This document shows positions 1 through 8,587 of a stretch of 41,723 nucleotides of DNA, one piece after another. Numbering within the stretch: position 1 is the first letter of the stretch; each line of letters starts with the position of its first letter. This stretch comes from a virus (Duplodnaviria; Caudoviricetes), in the IMG/VR virus record IMGVR_UViG_3300038673_000125, positions 1 to 41,723 of that record. One strand, given 5' to 3'. Below the pieces are notes generated by a model. The model saw only the letters and a program-made list of their open reading frames with translations. It ran no database searches and had not been told where the DNA came from. The position numbers and the translations under genes are program-made.

Positions 1-130
1 AAAGGCAATCTCAATTTTGACTTCCCCGGTATCAATATTGACAAGGCGGCGTATCGGCATGATCGGATGGGAACAAACCAAAATGACCCCAAACATGCCC
101 CACGTCGTAATGCCATCATCGCCGCAACTG
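1..130. repeat. Imperfect terminal direct repeat, copy 1 (pairs with 41594-41723); circularisation overlap
   Basis: 1-130 aligns without gaps to 41594-41723. The first 54 nt are identical, followed by 11 substitutions. Confidence 0.95.
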
Positions 131-414
131 TACCCGCCGCATTTGAGCGCAATCGGTTGATCGGTGAAATCCGTCACGTCTGATGTTGGATCAGAACGCC
201 CTTTCTGAACCGACTTCAAATACTTTTCCCACAGCTTTTTGAAATTGGAAACACCTTTTTCCTTGGCTGCAATCGTGACGCGCTCGACCATCTGCTGCAT
301 TTTGAGCGGATCGTCCTTGATCTGATACAGCCATTTGTACGGCGCGTTCGTTTCAAGAAAATCAGATTGCTCCCAAACGGGTATTAGGGCTGTGCTCTTT
401 GTGTCGTCTGGCAT
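1..414 (-). CDS. 5' part of the DUF927/Cch-like helicase gene (continues across the junction into 41593-39995)
   Basis: ATG at 414 with GAGG upstream. The open frame MPDDTKSTALIPVWEQ...SCGDDGITTWGMFGVILVCSHPIMPIRR runs into the sequence that begins the 39995..41689 ORF. Confidence 0.9.
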   Translation of the reverse strand, partial: MPDDTKSTALIPVWEQSDFLETNAPYKWLYQIKDDPLKMQQMVERVTIAAKEKGVSNFKKLWEKYLKSVQKGRSDPTSDVTDFTDQPIALKCGGYSCGDDGITTWGMFGVILVCSHPIMPIRRLVNIDTGEVKIEIAF

Positions 415-444
415 ATGGCATCCTCTTTCTTCGGGCGGTATAAG

Positions 445-651
445 CTATTTGCGTCCGGCTGGCGGCGTTTTTAGCAACGCCTCAATCGCATACATTCCTT
501 GGCTTCGGTTTGCTTTGTTTTTAGTCATTCGCGTTGCGATGACAGCCATACGACCGTTAAAATCGAACGGCTCGGAACATAGCTTAAGCGGCGTTTTATC
601 TTCCCTGTAATACGCCGTTGCTCCGCGCTGCATCCACTCATAACCCTTCAC
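445..651 (-). CDS. Hypothetical protein (68 aa)
   Basis: GTG at 651 preceded by AAGGAGG; fits the packed operon. Confidence 0.65.
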   Translation of the reverse strand: MKGYEWMQRGATAYYREDKTPLKLCSEPFDFNGRMAVIATRMTKNKANRSQGMYAIEALLKTPPAGRK

Positions 652-1207
652 TGGCGGCCCTCCTTTCATACTCCATCCGCTCGTACTGATCTTTCGCGGC
701 TGGAAGTTCCTCCATAGCATAGCACCATTGCGGCGAAAACACCGGATTGGTTCTGGTCGGTCGGTACTGGTCGGCCAGATTGAGCAGGAGCAGATACCGA
801 CGCTCTGTAGCGTCCAAAATGGCCTCTATTTCGCGTTTTTTTTCTGCCCTTGCATCTGCCTGTCTTTTGCGCTCTGACGCAACCTGACGCGCCCTATCGC
901 GTTCTGCGCTGGATAATTTATGGTCGAGCGGCAAGTTCAGCGCAAAATCGTCATTGAGCTGCCGAACCGCTTCGGGGAAAGTCTGATTGTTCAGCTTCAT
1001 CACGAGATCAATAACCGTGCCGCCCTGGTGACAACCGAAACAGTGGAATCCCCTGTCGCCCTCGTACAACTTCATGCTGGGTGTCTTTTCGCCATGGAAC
1101 GGGCAGCATACAAATCCGTGGCGAGAAACAACAAGGCCGTACCTGACCGCAACGTCGCGGGCCGTGACGCTGCTTTTGATCGCGTCGAGAAGCTCAGGCG
1201 GGATCAT
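638..1207 (-). CDS. CHC2 (DnaG-type) zinc-finger protein, with no primase catalytic domain
   Basis: CCPFHGEKTPSM...FHCFGCHQGGTVIDLV motif followed by a coiled coil; ATGA overlap with the upstream gene. Confidence 0.85.
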   Translation of the reverse strand: MIPPELLDAIKSSVTARDVAVRYGLVVSRHGFVCCPFHGEKTPSMKLYEGDRGFHCFGCHQGGTVIDLVMKLNNQTFPEAVRQLNDDFALNLPLDHKLSSAERDRARQVASERKRQADARAEKKREIEAILDATERRYLLLLNLADQYRPTRTNPVFSPQWCYAMEELPAAKDQYERMEYERRAASEGL

Positions 1208-1677
1208 TTCTTAATCACAATCCCAAGCAGTTCGCATACAGTCTGCCCTGTGCGCCGTTTCTCACAGAACATCCACTCAACGCCGTATTTGTCCCGGATC
1301 GTACACATCCGCTTGTACAAACCCTCGCCGGATAATGCATAAGGTGACTTTTTCAGGCGCGGATTGACCCAGCCTTTCACATCGTCCAAGGTTTTTACGC
1401 CGTGGCCGTGTTCGACCAGGATAATCATTCTTATGCCGGCCTGTTGCGCCCGGAGCAGCTCGGCGCGGAATCGTTCGTGCTGTTGGCAAAGATTGGAGCA
1501 AACTTCACTGAGGTGCTGTTTCCGGTCGATTGCAAGAGATTGGTTATCAAGGCGGGCATAGTCCCCGACGTACAACTTTGACCGGATATTCGCTATCCCG
1601 TGATGGTTCATGTAGTCCGTTACGTGGTTTTTCTGCTCGCGGGTATCCACCATGATAACCTTGCTCTTGTCGATCAT
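1204..1677 (-). CDS. ERCC4-domain nuclease (putative junction resolvase)
   Basis: VDTREQ...LYVGDY...IDRK motif typical of the ERCC4/XPF family. Confidence 0.85.
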   Translation of the reverse strand: MIDKSKVIMVDTREQKNHVTDYMNHHGIANIRSKLYVGDYARLDNQSLAIDRKQHLSEVCSNLCQQHERFRAELLRAQQAGIRMIILVEHGHGVKTLDDVKGWVNPRLKKSPYALSGEGLYKRMCTIRDKYGVEWMFCEKRRTGQTVCELLGIVIKK

Positions 1678-2033
1678 TTGCTTTCCTCCATGGGGCGGTT
1701 CCAGCAGACAGAACAGTCAGTTATATCATGCATACAAATAAATGCCGATGGTGTCTTGGCCTTGCCTTCCGGATATATTTTGCGTATGCATATTGCTGGA
1801 CATCCTGTAAACGGGTGCTTTTCGGCATCAGGGAACTTCTCGAAGAAGTCCTGCGCGTAGGTTTTCACGGGGTGGGCGGCATCCCATGCGTCGAGTTCGC
1901 TTAGAAAAGCGTTTATTCCTTTTCCGGTCGTTATGACCTCATCACCAATTTTTTCGAGAATGCGAACAGCGGTATAATCGTTGTCACTTTGCTTGTTCAT
2001 CCGTTCTAGTATCGCATCGTAATCCTTTCCCAT
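1674..2033 (-). CDS. Hypothetical protein, Cys-rich C-terminus
   Basis: Abuts both neighbours; DFFEKFPDA and CSVCWN motifs are of a type common in Clostridial phage proteins. Confidence 0.7.
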   Translation of the reverse strand: MGKDYDAILERMNKQSDNDYTAVRILEKIGDEVITTGKGINAFLSELDAWDAAHPVKTYAQDFFEKFPDAEKHPFTGCPAICIRKIYPEGKAKTPSAFICMHDITDCSVCWNRPMEESK

Positions 2034-2873
2034 TTAGAAATCCCCCAGCACAGTCGCCACGGTCAAAGTCTTAGTAGTTTTACACCAGTCGCATTCCTCA
2101 CAGCGCGTTGGCTCGATCTTACCGGCCTTTACTTCCGCGTATCGGTCAATGTTCTCCATGCCGATTTCAAACGCCGCGTCAAGTTCGCTCTGCCGGATGC
2201 TGAACAGCCCGATATCCGGCACCGTTTCTTTCGTCGCGCCAAGAATGTAGCAGGGCGGGGTTGTGCCGTCGCGCTCAAGAATCAAGCGCTGATAGATCGC
2301 CATGGAAAGATCATAGCCCCACGCTTCGACAAACGTGACGCGCCCCATACCTTCCTTGTAGATCGGCTGGAAATCGCGCATCACTTTTAGATCCACGATT
2401 GCGCTTGACTGGAAAAGCAGCCCGTCCATTTTCGGATAGAACTTGCTGATAGCGTCGCACAGGTTCGCGTCCAGAAGCATATCCAACATGCCCCTGAACG
2501 GCTGGCCGCAAAGCGTTCCGGTTACGATCACCTGATTCATGCTGTTCAGCATCATCATGGCCAGATCGTCGCGTTCGAGACGGGCGATAATATCGTTTGC
2601 TTTCAGGTATTCGCTCCGCAGGGTTCCGGTTCGGGTATAAATGTCCGGGTGTTGCGCCTTGAACAGGTCGAGCGTGCGGGAGAAATGCGCGTCAACATAG
2701 CTGCCAACCAACATTGACGGGGTTTCCTCTCGCTGCCATTCTCCGCGCAGCTCTGCCATGGTACGCGCCTCGCAGTCCTGAAACGATTTGAGTTGGCTGG
2801 CGCTGAAATACGCGAGATTGGCTTCTGGACTGTGGTAGTTTTCGGGCGTCAGAATCAGATTGCTCATGTTCAC
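2034..2873 (-). CDS. PD-(D/E)XK exonuclease, RecE/ExoVIII-like (DUF3799-type)
   Basis: FSASQLKSF, GSYVDAHF, GMLD...IVDLK, YDLSMAIY and a C-terminal CEECDWC. Confidence 0.85.
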   Translation of the reverse strand: MNMSNLILTPENYHSPEANLAYFSASQLKSFQDCEARTMAELRGEWQREETPSMLVGSYVDAHFSRTLDLFKAQHPDIYTRTGTLRSEYLKANDIIARLERDDLAMMMLNSMNQVIVTGTLCGQPFRGMLDMLLDANLCDAISKFYPKMDGLLFQSSAIVDLKVMRDFQPIYKEGMGRVTFVEAWGYDLSMAIYQRLILERDGTTPPCYILGATKETVPDIGLFSIRQSELDAAFEIGMENIDRYAEVKAGKIEPTRCEECDWCKTTKTLTVATVLGDF

Positions 2874-4306
2874 TCTCCCAAATATGTTACGGTCAGTTCA
2901 TCCTCATTCGTAGTACGCGAACTGATAAACTGTAACCCCTTTTCGCGGCAACGGTCGTACAGTTTCTTGCGGTTATCGTCGGACAGCTTCTCGGCGCCGT
3001 CAATCAGAATGATTTGCAGGCTGTTCGGTTTGGCAAGCGCAACCTCAACGCACAGATCCAGTTTTTCCCCGTCGGACAGGTTTGACACGGGCAGCCCATT
3101 GATAAGCGGTCGACCGTCCTCAACCGTCAGACCGGGGATAGGCAGTTTCGCCGTTTCAAGAATGGTGCCGGGAAGCGAACGGGCAAGCTCAATCTTTCGG
3201 GTCAGTTCTTCGCTGTCCGCAACCAGCCCGTCAAGTTCGGTCTGCATGGTTCTCATACGGGCGTACTCGCGCAGGTGCTTTTTCATCGCTTCGGCCTGCG
3301 TGACTTCGTTTTGCAGCTCGGTCGTGTCGTACAGTTTTTGATTCGCAGTTTCCTTCGCATCGCTGGCGGAGGATTTCAACGCAGCGATTGCTCCGTCGCG
3401 CTGGGCTTCAAGGACTTTTCGCTTGTCTGCAAGTTTATCCGCAAGCCCTTCCAGGCGTTCTTTTTCGGCCTTGATCTCGGCTTCCATGCGGGCGATGTTC
3501 TGCTGGATGGAGCTTTTTTCGCTCGCAATAGCGCGTTCTGCCGCCGCCATGCCGCCCTCAAAGTCCGCCACGATTGCCCGCAACTTACCTTGCTCGGTTT
3601 CGATGATTGCCTTTGCCCGTTCGACGGCGCGGTTGTGCTCGTTTTTCTTCTCGATCTCGCGGTACACGGCGCCGACATCGTATTCCTCCCATTTTTTCGC
3701 GTCATAACTGGCCGGGATATCCTTGGCAATATCGTCAATCGATGCCTTTTTGAACCGGATATCGCGGTTGATATCCTGACGTGACATGAAATACTCGCCG
3801 TTCTCAGCCTGGATATCATTCAGAACTTGGAGGATATTCTGTTCATAATCCACGCCGGGCGGAACCTCGCCGAATTGTTTCTTAATCCAGTCCATATCCC
3901 ATGGAAACTCGATCATGTCCAAGATTAAACGGTTCTGCTCGGCTTTTGGCATGTGAATAAACGCGACCGGGTCAAGTTGGAGCGGGGTAAAGATTGAACG
4001 CAGGAACGTCTCCGCGCTGCCAACTTCGCGCCCGTTATCTTTGACCGACTTGTAATCGGCCTGTTCCAACCGTTTCTTGCGCTGAATCCGCAGGGCAGAA
4101 CCGGCTTCAATGATAATCTCGCCCTCTTTCTCGCCCTGCTTGATGATGAAATCCCGCTCGGACGAGTTTTCCAGCGCGTATCTGATGGCATCCAGAACAG
4201 ACGATTTGCCGGTGCCGTTCTTGCCGGTCAGCTCAACGCTGCGCCCGTCAAGCTCCTGTTCGGCAATACCAAACAAATTTTTGATGGTTATTTTGGTAGT
4301 TTTCAC
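2870..4306 (-). CDS. SMC/Rad50-like ABC ATPase with coiled coil
   Basis: Walker A GKNGTGKS, long coiled coil, signature LSDGE, Walker B ILIDG. Confidence 0.88.
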   Translation of the reverse strand: MKTTKITIKNLFGIAEQELDGRSVELTGKNGTGKSSVLDAIRYALENSSERDFIIKQGEKEGEIIIEAGSALRIQRKKRLEQADYKSVKDNGREVGSAETFLRSIFTPLQLDPVAFIHMPKAEQNRLILDMIEFPWDMDWIKKQFGEVPPGVDYEQNILQVLNDIQAENGEYFMSRQDINRDIRFKKASIDDIAKDIPASYDAKKWEEYDVGAVYREIEKKNEHNRAVERAKAIIETEQGKLRAIVADFEGGMAAAERAIASEKSSIQQNIARMEAEIKAEKERLEGLADKLADKRKVLEAQRDGAIAALKSSASDAKETANQKLYDTTELQNEVTQAEAMKKHLREYARMRTMQTELDGLVADSEELTRKIELARSLPGTILETAKLPIPGLTVEDGRPLINGLPVSNLSDGEKLDLCVEVALAKPNSLQIILIDGAEKLSDDNRKKLYDRCREKGLQFISSRTTNEDELTVTYLGE

Positions 4307-4854
4307 CTAAATTCCTCCTGATTTTCCGGTTGTTCGGCTGCATCGTCGGCCTGATTTGGTTCGTCTTTCTTCGCCTTGCGCTTGGTCGCACAGTCCATAC
4401 AAAGCGGTACGCCATAACGGTCTTTCGCGCCTTTCGCAATGATGGCCGCCTTGTACCCGTCCTGATCTTTGATCTGCTTACCGCAATCAGCGCACGCCGG
4501 CAGCTCTGCCGGTTTTGCCTGAGCGACAGGTTTGCCCTTGACCCTGACGGCGTCCGTTACCTCGCCGAATGCTTTGATCTTCTGTGTATGCAGGGCGATT
4601 CGTTTCCCCGCCCAATCTTCTACGTTCGGAGAGCCGACCAACTTCGAGATCATCTTCCCGTTGGTGCTGTTCAAAACAAGCGGCTTGACATTTTCTTTGA
4701 AATACACGACCGGGCAATCGTCTTTTTTCCCCTCGGCCCCGTCTATGATTTCGCCTGAAACGTGGTCTATCGTGAGAATCTTTTCTTCGCCCGGTTCAAA
4801 ATCCCACGAACCAATATAATTTGGATTTGTTAGCTTCTTCCAATGTGTCGGCAC
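4303..4854 (-). CDS. Phage recombination-module protein (possible ssDNA-binding or annealing protein) with C-terminal zinc ribbon
   Basis: GTG at 4854 after GGAGG; THWKK...KPLVLNSTN...EDWAGKRI motif; CADCG...CMDC; lies next to the exonuclease and ATPase. Function is inferred from context. Confidence 0.6.
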   Translation of the reverse strand: MPTHWKKLTNPNYIGSWDFEPGEEKILTIDHVSGEIIDGAEGKKDDCPVVYFKENVKPLVLNSTNGKMISKLVGSPNVEDWAGKRIALHTQKIKAFGEVTDAVRVKGKPVAQAKPAELPACADCGKQIKDQDGYKAAIIAKGAKDRYGVPLCMDCATKRKAKKDEPNQADDAAEQPENQEEFR

Positions 4855-5052
4855 GGTTATTCCTCCTTCCAAGAATCGACGGGACCGGAGCGACCGGCCC
4901 CGTCTGTGCCGGTCTTTCCCGGCTGTCAACTAAAACCGCGTACGTCTCATTTTTTGAGCAATGTAAAGCTATCTCTTTGCGGCGCTCCTTCCCGGGCGCA
5001 TTGCCCGTGTCGTTGAGTGCGGTTGACTATGTAAGGGCCAAAGCCGTTACAC

Positions 5053-5256
5053 CTAGACTTTCTCAAGCCATTCCGAGAGGTCCGCTGCGACCAGATTCGG
5101 ATCTGCGCTTTTGACGATCTCATACACCGGGAAGCCGTTTCTATATGCCATCCAAACCAGCCTTGTACCGTTCCTGACGCGCTCAACTTTGCCGCGAAGT
5201 TCATACCGGCCGTCAGGTTCAAACGGCATTTTCTGTATTGTATCAGAATTCAGCAT
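5053..5256 (-). CDS. Hypothetical protein
   Basis: Fits the operon just downstream of the HNH gene. Confidence 0.55.
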   Translation of the reverse strand: MLNSDTIQKMPFEPDGRYELRGKVERVRNGTRLVWMAYRNGFPVYEIVKSADPNLVAADLSEWLEKV

Positions 5257-5259
5257 GTC

Positions 5260-5736
5260 TTAATCACTTCTCAGCGTTGATTTTTCTGGATAAAATGTTT
5301 TTTGCCTACATTTGAAACAAACATCGCTTCGTTTAGTCCTGGCCCCACAGTATTTGCAAAATATAGCCGGAAATAGCCCTGTTTCATATGCGTGCTTTAT
5401 GTTTTGGCTTGCAGTACACCACTCTAAATTTTCCACATTATTATTGCCAGGATTCCCGTCTTTATGATTAACCTGTGCATAGCCATGAGGGTTTTCAAGA
5501 AAGGCCATTGCCACAAGACGGTGAATGTATACAACAATCCGTTTGCCATTTACGCTATATGAAGTAATGCAGTATTTGCCGTTTCTTGTAGTATGGTTTA
5601 TTGCGGCCTTTTTTGTCCCGGCCGCATCCCTATATACAGCACCGTTTCTGGAAATAAAAAGCTTACCGCCGCACACAGATTTCAGCTGAAGATCCAACAC
5701 AATCACCTCATACTGCAAGTATACAACAAACAACAT
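5260..5736 (-). CDS. Free-standing HNH homing endonuclease (HNH_3 type); true start may be near 5700
   Basis: YIHRLVAMAFLENP...VNHKDGNPGNNNVENLEWCT; visibly more AT-rich than its flanks. Confidence 0.9.
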   Translation of the reverse strand: MLFVVYLQYEVIVLDLQLKSVCGGKLFISRNGAVYRDAAGTKKAAINHTTRNGKYCITSYSVNGKRIVVYIHRLVAMAFLENPHGYAQVNHKDGNPGNNNVENLEWCTASQNIKHAYETGLFPAIFCKYCGARTKRSDVCFKCRQKTFYPEKSTLRSD

Positions 5737-5784
5737 TGCAAAACTGTGACTTAAATGTTATTTATTTATTAAATCACAACAATT

Positions 5785-5997
5785 CTACACCCGTTCTTTC
5801 GGCGGTGCAATCAGTTCGTCCGAATGAACGCCGAGAGCTCTGGCAATTCCAGCAACAGACCACCAGCGAGGTTGCCTGGTTCCGGTTTCCCAGCCGCTTA
5901 TGAGCCGCTGGGATACTCCTAGCAGCTCTCCCATTTCAGCCTGACTCAACCTGCGGCGCTTCCGGTTCTTGCGAAGGTTATAGCCGAAGTATTTCAT
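5785..5997 (-). CDS. XRE-family helix-turn-helix regulator
   Basis: LRKNRKRRRLSQAEMGELLGVSQRLISGWETGTRQP...IARALGV. Confidence 0.9.
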   Translation of the reverse strand: MKYFGYNLRKNRKRRRLSQAEMGELLGVSQRLISGWETGTRQPRWWSVAGIARALGVHSDELIAPPKERV

Positions 5998-5998
5998 G

Positions 5999-6193
5999 TC
6001 AACCACCGTCTGCCGCCTCCTTGTTGATAGCCGATTCGACAAACCCGCGCGCCGTACCGATACAATCTGATGCCTGTGCCATCAGCCCGGACAACTGCTG
6101 CCGCATTCCCAGCGCAAGAGAATCGGCCTTGTCCATCGCGGCGTCAAGATGCCGCAGAATCAACTTTAGATCGTCAGTTAGGCTTTGCTTCAT
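5999..6193 (-). CDS. Hypothetical protein
   Basis: GGAGG upstream; packed in the operon. Confidence 0.6.
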   Translation of the reverse strand: MKQSLTDDLKLILRHLDAAMDKADSLALGMRQQLSGLMAQASDCIGTARGFVESAINKEAADGG

Positions 6194-6515
6194 CAGATTT
6201 GCCCTCCGCTGGATTAGTCACCAGCATTCCGGCCTGTGCCAAATGGATCGCGGCGGATCCAAGGTATGTGTCTTGCAGGATCGCGCCGGCAACTTCGGCC
6301 AGATTCACTTTGTGCGAAAGCGTGAAGCCCGGAGCGCGTGGGTCAGGCGGGTCGATCGCGCAGAACAGGACGAAACCGCGACACTTGATTCCTTCGCGCA
6401 GTTTCCGCCAGTATTCAGCTTCCTCGGGCGTTTCGGCCAGAACCATAGCGCCCTTGATGGATACGGTGATTTCGTTCGGATTGTTGGATTCGGTTTTCTT
6501 GTCTGATCGTCTCAT
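6174..6515 (-). CDS. Hypothetical protein
   Basis: AGAAAGGA RBS; packed in the operon. Confidence 0.65.
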   Translation of the reverse strand: MRRSDKKTESNNPNEITVSIKGAMVLAETPEEAEYWRKLREGIKCRGFVLFCAIDPPDPRAPGFTLSHKVNLAEVAGAILQDTYLGSAAIHLAQAGMLVTNPAEGKSDEAKPN

Positions 6516-6530
6516 AAAATATCCTTTCTT

Positions 6531-7139
6531 TTAGCCCCACTGTTCCGCCATTGCTTTGGCGACCCCGGAAAATGTTTTGCTTCTATTCTTCCTGTCGTCG
6601 CCGCGCTTTGCCGCGCCGTACTTGCTTCTGTCTTTCCGTCCAGTTCCTGCCGGACAATATGGGCGTTCTGGCGATACAATGTCTGTCGGCATAAGCGGCG
6701 GCAATCCTTTCAGCCATAACCGCGTCTTTTTAGTGACTGGGTGCCCGAACATCCACGGCTGTATTTCCTGTGAGTGTTTCGGCATTTCATATATTCCGCT
6801 TGATACTGGATTTTCGATTGCAATTCTTGGACTATCCGCATTATAGAACTCCATGAAAAACGCCTTTGCATCAAGCCCTTTTTGATAGCGTTTCTCGTTC
6901 AGGGTTCCCTTTTGCGGATATAGCCTGCAAGCACCAGCGTTAGATAGATAAGTACACGGTGGAAAGGCTATAATCATATCCCACGGCTGTTTCAGCAACG
7001 GCAACACGTCCTGCTGTAAATGCCACTCTGGATGCCCGCCAGAACACGGCTCCAAATCGCATGAATACGCTTCATGACCTAACCGCCGCAGTTCAATCGT
7101 CACCGCCTGGCTTTCCTCACAGGCTACAAGCACCTTCAT
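6531..7139 (-). CDS. Phage C5 DNA-cytosine methyltransferase-like protein (short form)
   Basis: ATG at 7139 after AAAGGAG; MKVLVACEES, SCD, FPPCT (motif IV-like), IENP (motif VI-like), KKTRLWL. Confidence 0.7.
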   Translation of the reverse strand: MKVLVACEESQAVTIELRRLGHEAYSCDLEPCSGGHPEWHLQQDVLPLLKQPWDMIIAFPPCTYLSNAGACRLYPQKGTLNEKRYQKGLDAKAFFMEFYNADSPRIAIENPVSSGIYEMPKHSQEIQPWMFGHPVTKKTRLWLKGLPPLMPTDIVSPERPYCPAGTGRKDRSKYGAAKRGDDRKNRSKTFSGVAKAMAEQWG

Positions 7140-7312
7140 GTAAAATCTCCTTTCTCGGTCTGTACAAACTGTACGTCCTTCTTGCAAACATAGCACCACG
7201 CGGTTTTGATGTGCCCGATTGCTGTTCTTCGCCGCTTCGGAAACTGCATCAGCGTACCGCATTCCGGGCATTTGAACGTGCGGATCACAACGCTTTTTAT
7301 TTTTCGGCTCAC
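7136..7312 (-). CDS. 58-aa zinc-ribbon protein resembling ribosomal protein L33 (absent from the ORF track)
   Basis: GTGA and ATGA overlaps with both neighbours; MSRKIKSVVIRTFKCPECGTLMQFPKRRRTAIGHIKTAWCYVCKKDVQFVQTEKGDFT. Confidence 0.7.
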   Translation of the reverse strand: MSRKIKSVVIRTFKCPECGTLMQFPKRRRTAIGHIKTAWCYVCKKDVQFVQTEKGDFT

Positions 7313-7635
7313 GGGTTCCCTTTCTGCGCTGATAGCGCGGTCTCGCTTAGCTTTTCTTCATTTGCTCTATCAAAGGCATCCCACGTGCCGGCTTTGATCC
7401 ATCCTGCGAATTTCTTCCTTCTTTCTAATGCTTTGATCATAAGAGATTCGTAAGCGGATTGGTCCGCAGCGCACGCTCTATACACCTTCCCGGCTTTTAT
7501 CAGGCAAAGCGCATAATGTATTGGCCATGATAAAAACCACCCGCAATGATAGGTTTTTTTGCCAACAATAATGAATTCGGCCCGCACCAGTTCGTTCATT
7601 GATTCAATCTTGGACAGTTTTGCGTACTTGCGCAT
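7309..7635 (-). CDS. Hypothetical protein
   Basis: ATG at 7635 after GGAGGGAG. Confidence 0.65.
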   Translation of the reverse strand: MRKYAKLSKIESMNELVRAEFIIVGKKTYHCGWFLSWPIHYALCLIKAGKVYRACAADQSAYESLMIKALERRKKFAGWIKAGTWDAFDRANEEKLSETALSAQKGNP

Positions 7636-7766
7636 GTTTCTCCCTCCGTTTTTTCTGCATCCAATATACGGCGCGCTCAAATCGTTCGATCTCACACCGG
7701 CAAGCGCATGGATGCGTACTGATGTGACCAAAGACGATCTGAGTTATTTCTGTTGGCTGGCCGCAC

Positions 7767-7940
7767 TTAGGACAGGTTTTCATCAGGATCCACCCCTAGA
7801 TCAGAAAGTTTTTGACGGTACACGAGGTTTTGGTACATCAGGTCTCCACGTTTGGCCGCCGCGCATAGTCCGGCGCAGAAGAAACCGAGGAATACAGAAG
7901 CGCACAGAATCGCCGCGAATAGGACTGGATTAATAAACAT
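7767..7940 (-). CDS. Small membrane protein (57 aa; absent from the ORF track)
   Basis: AGAAAGGA RBS; MFINPVLFAAILCASVFLGFFCAGLCAAAKRGD... has one hydrophobic helix. Confidence 0.7.
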   Translation of the reverse strand: MFINPVLFAAILCASVFLGFFCAGLCAAAKRGDLMYQNLVYRQKLSDLGVDPDENLS

Positions 7941-7987
7941 AGTGGATTCCTTTCTGCCGGGATATGCCGCCCGGCGCGGCGTGGTGG

Positions 7988-8278
7988 TTAGTTTCTTTTT
8001 ATTTGTTTCAATTCTTTTCCGATGGGATAATATCGTTCACTTCTTGCGAGACTTGCTGCCGTCAATGGCTTACAAAGCATCTCAACGCCGCTGGAAATGT
8101 GGACCTCGCTTTCCTCGATAGCATAGTGATATGTTCCTCGCTTGGCGGAGTGTTGCCAATGGGTAAACATTGCCTTGCGAGCATCGTTCAGAGTATCAAA
8201 GTCTCCGACCGGATGATAAATACGGCTACCCTTGGGCGTGACGCGCGTTACAGAATAACAGACTTTCCCTGTGTTCAT
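7988..8278 (-). CDS. Hypothetical early protein
   Basis: AGAAAGG RBS after an intergenic hairpin. Confidence 0.7.
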   Translation of the reverse strand: MNTGKVCYSVTRVTPKGSRIYHPVGDFDTLNDARKAMFTHWQHSAKRGTYHYAIEESEVHISSGVEMLCKPLTAASLARSERYYPIGKELKQIKRN

Positions 8279-8329
8279 ATGTGTGCCTTTCTGCCCGCCT
8301 TTGGCCGGACGGGCGCGGCTGGGCGAATG

Positions 8330-8509
8330 CTACGCTTCGTCCTTGTCCTGCAAGGCTTCGATTTCATGCAATGCGCTTAAAAGTATTTCGGACAGTTTAT
8401 CCCCGTAAGGATTTTCAACCTTGGCTAAAAGACCCATGATTGCCGCCTGAGATTCAGCCAACCGGTACGCATAGTATTCCTTGGCCGTCATGCCCTGCGT
8501 GGTTTTCAC
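8330..8509 (-). CDS. Hypothetical early protein (59 aa; absent from the ORF track)
   Basis: GAGGAGGGG RBS, GTG start, MKTTQGMTAKEYYAYRLAESQ...DKDEA. Confidence 0.7.
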   Translation of the reverse strand: MKTTQGMTAKEYYAYRLAESQAAIMGLLAKVENPYGDKLSEILLSALHEIEALQDKDEA

Positions 8510-8587
8510 GATGTTCCCCTCCTCATAATATGATGCCTTTCGGCTGGTCGCCGGCTTTTGTAGGGATGCCGGGCGAACCCTGCGAGG

